Positions 10,644-20,687 of a stretch of 64,000 bases of DNA are shown in pieces. A model generated the notes under the pieces. That model had not been told where the DNA came from, searched no databases, and saw only the letters and a program-made list of their open reading frames with translations. Location: IMG/VR virus record IMGVR_UViG_3300050821_003315; one strand, written 5' to 3'. This DNA comes from a virus. Each line of letters begins with the position of its first letter. Position 1 is the first letter of the stretch. Both the position numbers and the translations under genes were made by a program.

Positions 10644-12256
10644 TGAAGATACGCTGGCTTGCGGCAGCTTTGCTGCCTACCGTACTACTATCGGTATTCG
10701 CTGCCGCACCAGCGTACTCAGCTCCGTCGCACAAGAGTCCTAAGCTCCATTTCAAGCCCGTTAATTCCATGTCATGGGGCACCATCACAAGTGGCGGGCA
10801 CTGCCTTACGGGTACGCCTAAGAACGGCGTTGCTGTGGCAGGAGAGACTTGCAATGGTACTAACGAGCAGCAGTGGAACTTGTCACTAGACGGAACTCTC
10901 ACCATGAGGGCTAGCGGTGGTGCTTACTGCCTGGACAATTCGTCTAACCACAACCCGCTAGAAGCTCAGATGTGGGAGTGCAATGTAGATAACGCACAGC
11001 ACTGGACCTACTCCCTACCAGGAATCATAACGGCTAAAGGTTCTGGTGCAAGCTTCCATGGAGACTGGGTGATGAACGGCGGGGCTTTCCCCGGCTTCAG
11101 TACTACACGCGGAGACGTGTCCCTTCATGGCCTGAACATGGTTGTGGGAGACAAGTACTACATTCCGCTAGGCATCAACCTTAATGGCACGCAGTATCCT
11201 TACGGCGTTGACCCCGGTCAGCTTGACAATGCCTGGTACCTTGACGGTCAAGGTCAGCCACAGTACACCTCGTGGGAAACACAAGCAGAAGACCAGGAAG
11301 ACGTTAGCGTTAACACCTGGCACGCCAATACAGTTCGCATCTTCATTAGCCAAGACACACTCGTGGACCCTGCTTCTGGAGATGTAGACGCTAATTACCT
11401 TGCCGGACTCAGGGAAGTAGTTAGTCATGCTCAAGCAGACGGACTGATGGTAGTACTAGTGGACCAGACTGAGCCAGACGCTATTGCCCACGACAACCAA
11501 CCACTACCCACGCACACTACCGTCAACGTGTGGAACGCACTTGCACCTTACTTCGCAGGTGACAACTCAGTAATCGTTGACCCGTTCAACGAGCCACGTT
11601 CGGACGACACAATGACTGACAACTCAATGTGGAACCTATGGCTTAACGGTGGCTTCTCGGGTGACACTACCTACGTTGGCATGAACTCACTAGTTGCGAC
11701 ACTACGGAGTGAGGGCTACACCAACATGCTGTGGGCAGAGACTCCTGACTTCACCGGAAACGTTGGAGAACAATCACTGGGACGAGTTGCTTCTGACTTC
11801 ACCGACTGGCACATCACAGACCCAGACAAGCTAACCGTGTACGAATTCCACCACCCTACTTCAGACGGTGTCGCTCGCACGTGGGCTAACTGGGATGTGC
11901 AGTTCGGCAACCTGGTAAAGCACCAGGAAGCCGCTGTAGTTAACGGTGAATGGAGCCAGCGCACTTTGCGTACCGGAACTCCCTTTTCTAATGGAGACGT
12001 AAATGAATGCTGGGGTGACGCTCCGGTGTCAGTTCCGCATTACTTGCGCTACCTGCAAGGCGAGGGAATAGGACTGCTGGGCTGGACGCTTGGTACGGGT
12101 GACGTTAACGGCAACGGCATCCTGAATCAAGATGATGGTAGTCCTGCTACGGCTAACAACTACAACACAACACCTTACTCCTGTTTGACTCCTGACACAC
12201 CCACCCAAGGCGCGGGCCAAGACCTCCAGTCCTGGTTCAGCACGCTAAACCCGTAA
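10643..12256 (+). CDS. secreted ricin-B lectin plus GH5 (cellulase family) glycoside hydrolase
   Basis: Sec signal (AYS-A); QxW ricin repeats (CNGTNEQQW, CNVDNAQHW); GH5 motifs NTVRI, FNEP acid/base, YEFHH, VNGEW nucleophile. Confidence 0.85.
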   Translation: MKIRWLAAALLPTVLLSVFAAAPAYSAPSHKSPKLHFKPVNSMSWGTITSGGHCLTGTPKNGVAVAGETCNGTNEQQWNLSLDGTLTMRASGGAYCLDNSSNHNPLEAQMWECNVDNAQHWTYSLPGIITAKGSGASFHGDWVMNGGAFPGFSTTRGDVSLHGLNMVVGDKYYIPLGINLNGTQYPYGVDPGQLDNAWYLDGQGQPQYTSWETQAEDQEDVSVNTWHANTVRIFISQDTLVDPASGDVDANYLAGLREVVSHAQADGLMVVLVDQTEPDAIAHDNQPLPTHTTVNVWNALAPYFAGDNSVIVDPFNEPRSDDTMTDNSMWNLWLNGGFSGDTTYVGMNSLVATLRSEGYTNMLWAETPDFTGNVGEQSLGRVASDFTDWHITDPDKLTVYEFHHPTSDGVARTWANWDVQFGNLVKHQEAAVVNGEWSQRTLRTGTPFSNGDVNECWGDAPVSVPHYLRYLQGEGIGLLGWTLGTGDVNGNGILNQDDGSPATANNYNTTPYSCLTPDTPTQGAGQDLQSWFSTLNP

Positions 12257-12278
12257 CAATAACCCGAAAGGTAATTCA

Positions 12279-13703
12279 ATGACTGGGACCGATGTCGTTC
12301 TGTGGACACCGCCAGCCGCTCGCGCACCACGACTCAGCCCGACTGCAAAGCTCAAGCAGTCCGCTAGGGTTCTTGTCAGTGAAGTTTCCCGTGCGGTGGA
12401 CAAGATTCGCTACCGTGACCCTGCTAAGGCTGTTAAGACTGGCAGAGTTCTCGTAATGATTCCCGCCCACGACGAGCAGGATTCCATCGGCGTTACCATC
12501 ACTGCTCTTAAGCGTCAGACTCGTACGCCAGACCGCATCGTTGTTATTGCTGACAACTGTGGTGACAACACTGCTGGTGTTGCGCGGCAGTACGGTGCCA
12601 CTGTGATGGAGACTGTCGGTAATCGCGACAAGAAGACCGGTGCCCTTAACCAGGGGTGGGAACACCACCACAAGGGCTTCGAATACATCGCGGGTGTCGA
12701 TGCTGACACTGTTCTTGAGCCAGATGCGTTGCAGCATCTGGAGAAGGAACTACGCGAGGACCGAAACGTTGGTGGCGTAATGGCACGTTACACGTTCCAC
12801 CAAGAGGGGGGAATGCTAGTTCGCATGCAGCGAGTGGAGTTCAGTGACTGGACTGACTCACTCCTGCACAACAAGCGCAACACCTACGTCCTTGGCGGTC
12901 AGCTCAGCCTGTTCCGTGCTAGCGCGCTGCTGAAGGTGGCTGAGAAGCGCATGGGCGTCCCGTGGGACACCTCCAGCCAGGTTGAGGACATGCAGCTCAC
13001 GGGTGACCTGCGTGGCCTTGGCTACAAGACTACAGTTAACCCTGAGGCTAGGGCCTACCCCGGTGCCATGCACAACCTGAAGTCCCTGTGGGCACAGCGC
13101 CAGAAGTGGGACCAGGGTATCGCACGGCTCATCATGACATCGGGACTGAACAAGTGGACGGCAACTCTGGCTACTCAGGTAGCAGGACTGCTATTCAATG
13201 GGTTCATGCGACTGATGTTTGTCGTGATGCTTACCGCTTCACTGTCGGTGCATAAGTTTGACTGGTCTTGGTACTGGCTTATCCCGCCAGCGCTAGCTAT
13301 CTTGCTGAACATCCGGCAGACAATGCGGATGCCTAACAGGACACCACTGGATGTGGTATCAGCGGCAACGCTGGTTCCGGTAGAGCTTTACCTCATCTTC
13401 CGGGCTACGTCCATGACAGTGGCAACGTTCAAGGTCCTTACGGGCACGGGCAGTGATGGCTGGGCGACACAGAAGAAAGCAGAGTCCGGTAAGTCGATGG
13501 GCTTTGGCCCTAAGATTGTCGGGTTCTCCTTGCTACTCATCGGATTCGTTTACGGAGTAGTTACTGCGTGGCAGCACCTTCCCGGTGACTGGCAGGACTA
13601 CACCCTGCTTACAGGGTGGCGTATCCTTGCCGTGCTTACTGCCTTGCAGTGCCTGATGATGGTCAAGCGAATCCTGCGACGACACCGTGGGATGAAGCCG
13701 TGA
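12279..13703 (+). CDS. processive membrane GT2 glycosyltransferase (polysaccharide synthase; PgaC/IcaA/HAS/CslA-like)
   Basis: IPAHDE, DNCGD, KTGALN, DADT, VED, QRQKW (QxxRW-like) and several C-terminal TM helices. Confidence 0.9.
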   Translation: MTGTDVVLWTPPAARAPRLSPTAKLKQSARVLVSEVSRAVDKIRYRDPAKAVKTGRVLVMIPAHDEQDSIGVTITALKRQTRTPDRIVVIADNCGDNTAGVARQYGATVMETVGNRDKKTGALNQGWEHHHKGFEYIAGVDADTVLEPDALQHLEKELREDRNVGGVMARYTFHQEGGMLVRMQRVEFSDWTDSLLHNKRNTYVLGGQLSLFRASALLKVAEKRMGVPWDTSSQVEDMQLTGDLRGLGYKTTVNPEARAYPGAMHNLKSLWAQRQKWDQGIARLIMTSGLNKWTATLATQVAGLLFNGFMRLMFVVMLTASLSVHKFDWSWYWLIPPALAILLNIRQTMRMPNRTPLDVVSAATLVPVELYLIFRATSMTVATFKVLTGTGSDGWATQKKAESGKSMGFGPKIVGFSLLLIGFVYGVVTAWQHLPGDWQDYTLLTGWRILAVLTALQCLMMVKRILRRHRGMKP

Positions 13704-13719
13704 GGCAGGGAATAGCCGC

Positions 13720-14445
13720 GTGAAGGTTCTAGAGCTGTTCGCTTGCGCGGGTGGGGCATCGCGCGGCCTAGTTGCAGCTGGTAATCAGGTGATAGCTACT
13801 GACATCGATGCTGGTTACCTGTACCACAACCCTATTGGTATCGATTCATATGATGGTTCACCACACGGTGGATTCAACGCACCTGTTCGTCAACCTTGGG
13901 AGTGGATAGCGGAAAACGCGCTATCTACTATCGAGGTATTGCCCTGGCAAGATGCGCTAGACAAGCATGCCGACTGGGCAGACTGGATATGGGCGAGTCC
14001 ACCGTGCCAGCTTTACAGCGTGACTAGTCCGCTAAGTGGGGAGGGATATGAAGACCTTGTAAGTCCTGTGCGTGAAAGACTACTTAGTATTGGCAAGCCT
14101 TACGTGATAGAGAATGTGCCTGAGGCTCCGCTGGTAACTCCGTTGATGCTTTGCGGTTGTATGTTCTACGGTCTTCGCGTGTATCGGCCGAGGCATTTCG
14201 AGAGCAATCTAAGCTTGGCGCAGCCTGACCACTACCCGCACAAGCAAACTGTAGTTAAGATGGGTCGTCCGGCAGAACTAGGCAAGAGGATTTCCTGCCA
14301 AGGGCACGTATCCAACCTGCACGTAACAAGAGCGGGGATGGGTTACGACCCTGATGACCTCATTCCTCAGCGAGCGCTTAGTGAAAGCATCCCACCACAC
14401 TTCGCGTTCTACATCGCACAAGAAATGAACAGGCTACTTTCATGA
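13720..14445 (+). CDS. DNA (cytosine-5) methyltransferase, short phage type
   Basis: ELFACAGG (motif I), SPPCQ (IV), IENV (VI), RPRHF (VIII). Confidence 0.85.
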   Translation: MKVLELFACAGGASRGLVAAGNQVIATDIDAGYLYHNPIGIDSYDGSPHGGFNAPVRQPWEWIAENALSTIEVLPWQDALDKHADWADWIWASPPCQLYSVTSPLSGEGYEDLVSPVRERLLSIGKPYVIENVPEAPLVTPLMLCGCMFYGLRVYRPRHFESNLSLAQPDHYPHKQTVVKMGRPAELGKRISCQGHVSNLHVTRAGMGYDPDDLIPQRALSESIPPHFAFYIAQEMNRLLS

Positions 14446-14867
14446 AGCTGCGAAACCTCATCTACCCTCTGATTACGATTGGAGCCATTGCATGCTTGGC
14501 CGGTTGTTCCGTTCCTGGTTGGCATCATTCGATTCCTTCTCCGACGACGACCCCTACGGCTACGAAGATTGCGAAGCCACACCCGAGAGTCCACCCTCAG
14601 CCTAAGCCAGTCAAGCCCGGTGCACTGGTGTCTGTGTTCCGCACCGATGGCTTGAATCCTGTCGTCAAGGTGGACGCACAAGGCACTCCGTACGTCGTGG
14701 CCGCCCTGGACGGGACTACATGGACCTGCTACCCCGGCAAGGGCTTCACCCTTAACGCTACGGGCGGCGTCAGGCTAGACGGCTGGACGTGCTCCACTGA
14801 CAGCATCAGCACCGCTGATGTACTAGGGTTTGCTGCTCTCACCGGCGGCAAGATTGTTCGAGGATAA
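14442..14867 (+). CDS. putative lipoprotein
   Basis: lipobox LAGC followed by a P/T-rich linker. Confidence 0.7.
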   Translation: MKLRNLIYPLITIGAIACLAGCSVPGWHHSIPSPTTTPTATKIAKPHPRVHPQPKPVKPGALVSVFRTDGLNPVVKVDAQGTPYVVAALDGTTWTCYPGKGFTLNATGGVRLDGWTCSTDSISTADVLGFAALTGGKIVRG

Positions 14868-14876
14868 GGAGTTAGC

Positions 14877-15764
14877 ATGTCTGATGCTCTGCTAAAGAAG
14901 CACAAGCTTAGGGTCACTGACCGTGGCTTGCTGCTGATGTGGGGTGCTGTACTATCGCAGGTCGCTGTGCCTATTGGCTCGGCTATCTACTTTCTGGTCA
15001 CTCAGGTCGCATACCAGACCAGGTACGGTAACACCACTACCACCTTCATCGGCCTGAAGGACACGTGGGACCGCCTGCCTGTTCACATTCAGAACGCACT
15101 GCACAACAAGTACCTAGGACATGTCTACCAGGCATTCGGACTGCACAGTCAGTCAGCACCTACCTGGTGGGTTACCGCTCGGCATGACGCACGACATGTG
15201 CTCATTGGTTTCCTGGGTACCTTGCTCGTGCTGGGTATCATGGTGGGCTTTAAGTATGTGAAGAAGCTTAAGTGGCCTGCAATGCTGGGACATCTTGTCC
15301 TTGCGTTCCTAGCTTCGGCTGCTGTTGCTGCCATCATGATTGTCCTGCTGTCTCACGGGCTTGCGTTTGCTGAGCACTGGGGTACCAAGAGTGGTAACCC
15401 GTGGGTTGCTGACTGGGTTAACAAGGGGTCGTGGCAGCTAACTATCATTGGTATCGCCGCTGGTATTCCTGCACATAAGATTCTGGCTCCGGTGTTCGGG
15501 ACGTTCCAGACCATGCAAGCGGAGAAGCGACTTGCCCGCAAGTCCCCGCCGCCTAAGTGGTTCCCGCCGAACTACCGACACCGTTACGCCTACCTTGATG
15601 ACAAATACGACGACCAGCAGGAAGCTGCGCTTCGCGTGGCAAACCAGAGCAAGGTCTTGAAGGTGGCCCTATTCATTGCGATTCCGGTGCTCATGTTCTT
15701 GCTAGGGTTCGGAATTTGGTTGAACTATCTGGGCGGGCCAGCCACTCACGCGCTAGGCCACTAG
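14877..15764 (+). CDS. multi-pass membrane protein
   Basis: about 5 hydrophobic segments; AAGGAG SD. Confidence 0.75.
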   Translation: MSDALLKKHKLRVTDRGLLLMWGAVLSQVAVPIGSAIYFLVTQVAYQTRYGNTTTTFIGLKDTWDRLPVHIQNALHNKYLGHVYQAFGLHSQSAPTWWVTARHDARHVLIGFLGTLLVLGIMVGFKYVKKLKWPAMLGHLVLAFLASAAVAAIMIVLLSHGLAFAEHWGTKSGNPWVADWVNKGSWQLTIIGIAAGIPAHKILAPVFGTFQTMQAEKRLARKSPPPKWFPPNYRHRYAYLDDKYDDQQEAALRVANQSKVLKVALFIAIPVLMFLLGFGIWLNYLGGPATHALGH

Positions 15765-15790
15765 GGAATACTCATGACCGGGACAGCGTT
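15765..15790 (+). promoter_or_regulatory. SigR/SigH-type promoter, leaderless, overlapped by hairpin 15772-15803
   Basis: GGAATA at 15765, GTT at 15788, ATG at 15800. Confidence 0.8.
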
Positions 15791-15799
15791 GTTCCGGTC

Positions 15800-16006
15800 A
15801 TGAAGTTCATCCCCGCACTTGACGGTAGTTTCATCGGCGTAGACCACGTTGCTCGCCTGTTTTTCAGGGAGAACGTCACCAGAGGTACGTGGGAAGTGTG
15901 CGCTTCTGTTGTGGGTCCGCAACAGCCTTTCGTCCTTCACCAGGCTGCGTCATCAGAGTCAGCGCGCACCCTCATCAGGCATCTCATAGAGCAAATCGGG
16001 GGATAG
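15800..16006 (+). CDS. hypothetical protein (leaderless)
   Basis: ATG 9 nt after the promoter GTT. Confidence 0.65.
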   Translation: MKFIPALDGSFIGVDHVARLFFRENVTRGTWEVCASVVGPQQPFVLHQAASSESARTLIRHLIEQIGG

Positions 16007-16182
16007 ATGGCTCAGTGGTCTGAACGAGATATGGCCGCTGTACTAGCGGCAGCGGTAGAACAGCTTACTGTTGTGAAGAACACGCACTTCATGGGACAAG
16101 TAGGTAACGTGTTCCAGTTTGAAGTGAAGCTTCGCAACGCACAGACCTTTATAGTTAACGTCGCAGAGAAGTAGGAGATGTC

Positions 16183-16983
16183 ATGACGGTGACCTTGACA
16201 GGTTCCCGTGCGATGAAGCGCTGGTATCCAGATGCGCGGGAGCCTAATGGTGACTGGGACTACATCAGCGCCGAGCCAACCAACCCACCTGCGGACCTCT
16301 TCCCCGAGCGCCGTTATGATGTGTTCACTGACGAGCGACTGGATGCTTGGCCGTGGTGTTCGCTGGCAAGTCCTAATGAGTTGTACACGCTTAAGATTTC
16401 TCATAGCTTCTGGGAAATTAACGGCCCGCGTGACTGGGATAAGCATGCTTATGACATCGTGTTCTTGTCACGTAAAGGCTGTCAGTTCCTACGTTCGCTG
16501 TACGATATCCTCTTCCCTATCTGGAAAGAACGCTACAAGAAGCACTCGACTAACCTGAACCAGAACGCTGACAAGTTCTTTGCTGACGCTGTAGTCCGTA
16601 AATACGTGCACGACTCGGTGCACGACTCGGTAGCCTACGGCGAGCGGCCTCTATACGAGGCCATCCTGCGGGACGGCTCGGACGTTCTCGTGGACAACGC
16701 CAAGTTCTGGTCGATGGACTTCGAAACTCAGGTTAAGCTGGTACGCGAGGAAATCTACACCACGGCACTGGAGCGCATCCTGATTCCTCAGCAGTACCGG
16801 GGGTCGCCACGAGCGGCCTACCACTGGGCGCTACGGCGTACGGCCACGAGCCTGTTTAAGGGAGAGTGGGCACTGTTTTTGATGCTTAACCTGGACCTAC
16901 TCATGACGCCTGACTGTGACTACGTGAGCAGGCACCTAGACAACAAGCACAAGCTGCAACTGACAGGAGAGGTCAATGACTGA
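16183..16983 (+). CDS. putative pol-beta-superfamily nucleotidyltransferase-like phage protein
   Basis: N-terminal LTGSRA..DWDYI (GS..DxD); ELYTLKISH and YVHDSVH motifs. Confidence 0.65.
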   Translation: MTVTLTGSRAMKRWYPDAREPNGDWDYISAEPTNPPADLFPERRYDVFTDERLDAWPWCSLASPNELYTLKISHSFWEINGPRDWDKHAYDIVFLSRKGCQFLRSLYDILFPIWKERYKKHSTNLNQNADKFFADAVVRKYVHDSVHDSVAYGERPLYEAILRDGSDVLVDNAKFWSMDFETQVKLVREEIYTTALERILIPQQYRGSPRAAYHWALRRTATSLFKGEWALFLMLNLDLLMTPDCDYVSRHLDNKHKLQLTGEVND

Positions 16984-17305
16984 GTACTCCCTCGCTGAGG
17001 TTAAGGAAGCCGCTGAAGCTCTCAACTGGGACGTGGTGGCCCGGCGTGGGGCCGGGCATCTCGGTGCCCTGTGGCTTCATGACGAGCCTGTTACGTTCAC
17101 CATCGTGGACGCCAAGGTCGGTAGTCATTTCGATGGTTACGAGCAAGACGCGCAAGAGAACTTCGTCATCTTCGAGATAGGCAACCAGCTCTTTAAGAAA
17201 GAGGGATGGTCTGATTCTTACGGAGACTCCGAGTGGGATGGAAATGTGACTGAGGTAAAGGCGTCCAAGAAGTACACCACCGTCTACGAGCCGAAGAACG
17301 ACTAG
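16976..17305 (+). CDS. conserved phage hypothetical protein (tandem paralog A)
   Basis: LFKKEGWSDSYG.EWDG..EVKA.KKYTTVYEPK. Confidence 0.75.
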   Translation: MTEYSLAEVKEAAEALNWDVVARRGAGHLGALWLHDEPVTFTIVDAKVGSHFDGYEQDAQENFVIFEIGNQLFKKEGWSDSYGDSEWDGNVTEVKASKKYTTVYEPKND

Positions 17306-17313
17306 GAGAAGCG

Positions 17314-17646
17314 ATAACTGACTACACTCGCGCGGAAGTTCTAGAAGCCCTTCAGGAAATCCTTGACGATGTTGGCTGGGGTGAGCTGAACTCCGACCTA
17401 TATAGCAGCTACGGCAGTCGCCATACTTACACCATCACCTTGCGAGGCGAAGAGGTTCGCCTTAAGGGTGAAGAGAATTACGGTGGCCTTGACCTGGGGT
17501 CGGAAGCGTGGATGGTTATCCGCATCGGTGACCAGCTATTCCGTAAGGAAGGTTACTACGCCTCCCACTATGGCTACGACTGGGACGGTACCTTTGAAGA
17601 GGTAGAGGCTAAGCCTAAGACCATCACTGTCTACGAGCCTAAGTAG
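17314..17646 (+). CDS. conserved phage hypothetical protein (tandem paralog B), apparent ATA start
   Basis: GGAG SD then ATA ACT GAC TAC gives (M)TDYTRAEVLEA, matching MTEYSLAEVKEA; LFRKEGYYASHYGYDWDG..EVEAKPKTITVYEPK. Confidence 0.7.
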   Translation: MTDYTRAEVLEALQEILDDVGWGELNSDLYSSYGSRHTYTITLRGEEVRLKGEENYGGLDLGSEAWMVIRIGDQLFRKEGYYASHYGYDWDGTFEEVEAKPKTITVYEPK

Positions 17647-18102
17647 ACGACATGGACGACTCAACGTTTGACGAAGAGTTCCCGTGTGATGGTCTTAGCA
17701 ACAGGACTCTGCAAGACTGGATACAGACGCAGGGTTTTTTGCTAGACATACAGGACGAGTACTCTCCTGGGGCATTCTTCGCACCACCCGTGCGACGGTT
17801 CCAGAGTGCCTAGCCTCACCACTACTAAGGAGGTGTTCCCCGTGGGTCCTGCAACTGGCTACGGGGAACCCATCCTTGAATGCTGGCTGTGCGGTGGTGG
17901 AGGACAGCGCTATGAAGCGCTTAACTACATGCTGCACTGCACTACGTGTGATGTTATCTGGATGGCGAGGTCGTGTGACAGGGACGGTTATCTCCCTAAA
18001 GTCAAGTACGACTACCAGATATGGCGGGGACAAGACGGTTGTGAGGAACGACTTCCTTACGCTGACTTCTCCCAGCCGGGACCGCCTCACGCGCCAGCCT
18101 AG

Positions 18103-18128
18103 GGAATACTCACCCTTGGCAACTTGTT
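18103..18128 (+). promoter_or_regulatory. SigR/SigH-type promoter
   Basis: GGAATA at 18103 and GTT at 18126. Confidence 0.75.
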
Positions 18129-18155
18129 ACAACATACGACATGACGGAGGTAAAG

Positions 18156-18293
18156 ATGATTCCGACACCACGCAACGGGGATATCGGCAAGCCCCTGCGG
18201 AAGATTGAGCTGGAGCCGCTGGAGGAGCCAGCGGAGTCCCCGGTCACTGAGCCTGCTGCTCCCGAGCCTGCCCGCGAGCCAGTTCCAGCCTAG
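18156..18293 (+). CDS. 45-aa Pro/Glu-rich peptide (below ORF track cut-off)
   Basis: GGAGG SD and own promoter; MIPTPRNGDIGKPLRKIELEPLEEPAESPVTEPAAPEPAREPVPA. Confidence 0.7.
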   Translation: MIPTPRNGDIGKPLRKIELEPLEEPAESPVTEPAAPEPAREPVPA

Positions 18294-19078
18294 CAGTACA
18301 CACGTGGAGGACCGGATGAGTAAGAACCAAGAGTCGGGGGACGCTAATCCGGTCCTCTACCGTACTGCCCTAAAGGCATTCGAACGTTATCTGGACATGG
18401 GACTGTTCCTTAAAGGTGACAAGCTGTTTCCTGCACTGTCCCTTAAGGTAATTGAGCGAGCACGACAGGAGTCACAAGGCAATGCCTAACGCATTCATCT
18501 ACCCACACGACGGCGAGTTCGTAGAAGTTACAATCAAGGGCTGGGTTAGGCTGTCGGACGCTAATGGCTTTAACGTAAAGGATGACTCCGGCATGGAGTC
18601 TTACGTTCACCCGGCTCACATCGTGACAGTTAAGTCTATTGAAAAACCGCTAATCCCCGGCGCTATATACCGAGATGATGCAGGCGTAGTCTGGCAGGTC
18701 ACTAACGCGGAGGTACCGCTACGCAGGTTCGGAGACGTTGGCCATTACTCGCGGAACAGCGCTAGGGGAAATCTCACTCTGCTGTGGCAGCCGGATGCGT
18801 CGCGTTAAGCTTGCCCCTGGTGAGAGCACGATGTTCTGGGAACATGAAGCTGACGGCTCCCGAATTCTCGTGCTCAGGAAAACAGGGGGGCGATACGAGA
18901 AGCTTGCTGCTGTCAGCCGTGGGCCTGTTCGAGGCTGGGTAATACAGTCTCAGTCCGGGATGCTAATAGGGTGCGAGAAGTTCCGCAAGAAAGCAATGCG
19001 CCAGGGTGAAGCATGGATTCTTGACAAATTGCATACAGCGCACCTGGCGGGCAGTAAAGAGAAAGGGGTGGACGTGTA

Positions 19079-19516
19079 ATGCCTGTACCTGATGGGGTCT
19101 CTATGGCTGCGTGGGAAGTCGCTAACTTCCATGCGATGTTCGACCTGCCCATGCGCAACACACCCGCGCAGCCTGCAAGCATTGACAATCAGGAGATAAG
19201 CCTGCGTTCATCTCTTCAGTGGGAGGAAACGCGTGAGCTTGTTGAGGCTCTTGAATCAGATGAACTCGTGGCTATCGCCAAGGAACTTGCTGATGTCGTT
19301 TACGTAGCCTATGGAACTGCGATTACTTACGGCATCAACCTGGACGAGGTTTTGCGGTTGGTTCACGCGTCTAACATGTCCAAGCTTGGTTCAGACGCGA
19401 TACCTATTCTGCGCGACGACGGCAAGATTCTAAAGGGACCGCACTACATGCCCGCAGAACCTGCCATCAAGCGGCTACTGGAGAATCAGGAAGAGCTGCC
19501 TTGGGATGAACAGTAG
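19079..19516 (+). CDS. MazG-like/PRA-PH NTP pyrophosphohydrolase
   Basis: EETRELVEA, KELADVVYV, VHASNMSKL, RDDGKILKGPHY. Confidence 0.9.
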   Translation: MPVPDGVSMAAWEVANFHAMFDLPMRNTPAQPASIDNQEISLRSSLQWEETRELVEALESDELVAIAKELADVVYVAYGTAITYGINLDEVLRLVHASNMSKLGSDAIPILRDDGKILKGPHYMPAEPAIKRLLENQEELPWDEQ

Positions 19517-19912
19517 TGCACTGGGACCACGAACATCACTGTCACGTGCACAAGCGGCCAACCGCTGCCTCTGGCAAACTGTGGGAGTGGTATTGCAGCA
19601 ACCCTGAGTGCCGTCAGTACGGGGCTTCTCCTTACTGGAAGCGCACTATGCGCTACGCTCTGGAGCACGTCTACACCATGAGGCTCGTGGAGATAGCAGT
19701 GCTTGGCACTACGGGGAGGAAAGCGTTGACGTGAAACCTGAAATTGTCCTCACTAAAGAGCACTGTTACTTTTACTGGTCGCCTCTAGCCAAGAGTCCTA
19801 TCCGTAGCAGAAGCTGGCGCGACTGGGTACACCTTTACATTAGCTTTAACAGTTCGGTGTACTGGCTTCACATTGAGCTAGGCCCCTTGTTCTGCGGAGT
19901 GGAGAAATTCGA

Positions 19913-20218
19913 ATGATAGAAGTGGAGCTAGAGAAGTACCAGTTCGGCTTCCACGTCGGTGGCATAGACGAGCATGGTGTCTCCCATGAGACACCGCTAC
20001 AGGGTGAGGTCCTTCTCAGCCCGGTGAGCGGAAGCGACGGCCTGCCGGATACAGAATTTCTTGTATTTGACTGGTTCAGGTATGACCCGGCGATTCGAAA
20101 GAAAGTCGGCAAGCTTCTGCATTACCTGGACCTGGTTATGGAAGACGCAGATGTTGCCATCCTTACCTTCGCATCACCTCCGCTTAAGCAAGTCACTATT
20201 AGGATTGTAGATGGATAA
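19913..20218 (+). CDS. hypothetical protein
   Basis: coupled ORF. Confidence 0.55.
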   Translation: MIEVELEKYQFGFHVGGIDEHGVSHETPLQGEVLLSPVSGSDGLPDTEFLVFDWFRYDPAIRKKVGKLLHYLDLVMEDADVAILTFASPPLKQVTIRIVDG

Positions 20219-20687
20219 GCTCCAGCAAGACCAAGAGCTAGCACGTCGTTCCCTGCGACGGCTGCGCACTGAAAACAAGATGTCACTAGCGGCTGTAGGG
20301 CTGCTGCTAGGCGTGCACAAGAGCCACGTCCTGCGCATGGAAAAGGGCACTCGCGGCACGCCACCGCTAGCAGCTATCGCTAACGCCTTTGAAGTCAGGG
20401 AGTGGGAGGTCAAGGCATCCTGTCACAAGTGCTTTTACCTCCCGCCTGAGGGATTCACGTGCCAGAACTGTGGGTGTGATGAGCCATTGTCACTGACGGA
20501 GAATGTCAAGACAATCAACGTAGTGTTCTCCGCGCCGGGCATTGTCAACAGCACCACTAGCCGTAACCTGCGCATCCCCGCCGACCTAGACGAATACTCA
20601 GAAGCGGGCACGGTGGATTATCTACTGGAGCGTGCTGTACAAGGCGGCTTCCTGGTGGAAGTGTCTGGCTACAAGTACTGTAACTAG
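20211..20687 (+). CDS. XRE-family HTH regulator with zinc ribbon
   Basis: LRRLRTENKMSLAAVGLLLGVHKSHVLRMEKG followed by CHKC..CQNCG. Confidence 0.8.
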   Translation: MDKLQQDQELARRSLRRLRTENKMSLAAVGLLLGVHKSHVLRMEKGTRGTPPLAAIANAFEVREWEVKASCHKCFYLPPEGFTCQNCGCDEPLSLTENVKTINVVFSAPGIVNSTTSRNLRIPADLDEYSEAGTVDYLLERAVQGGFLVEVSGYKYCN

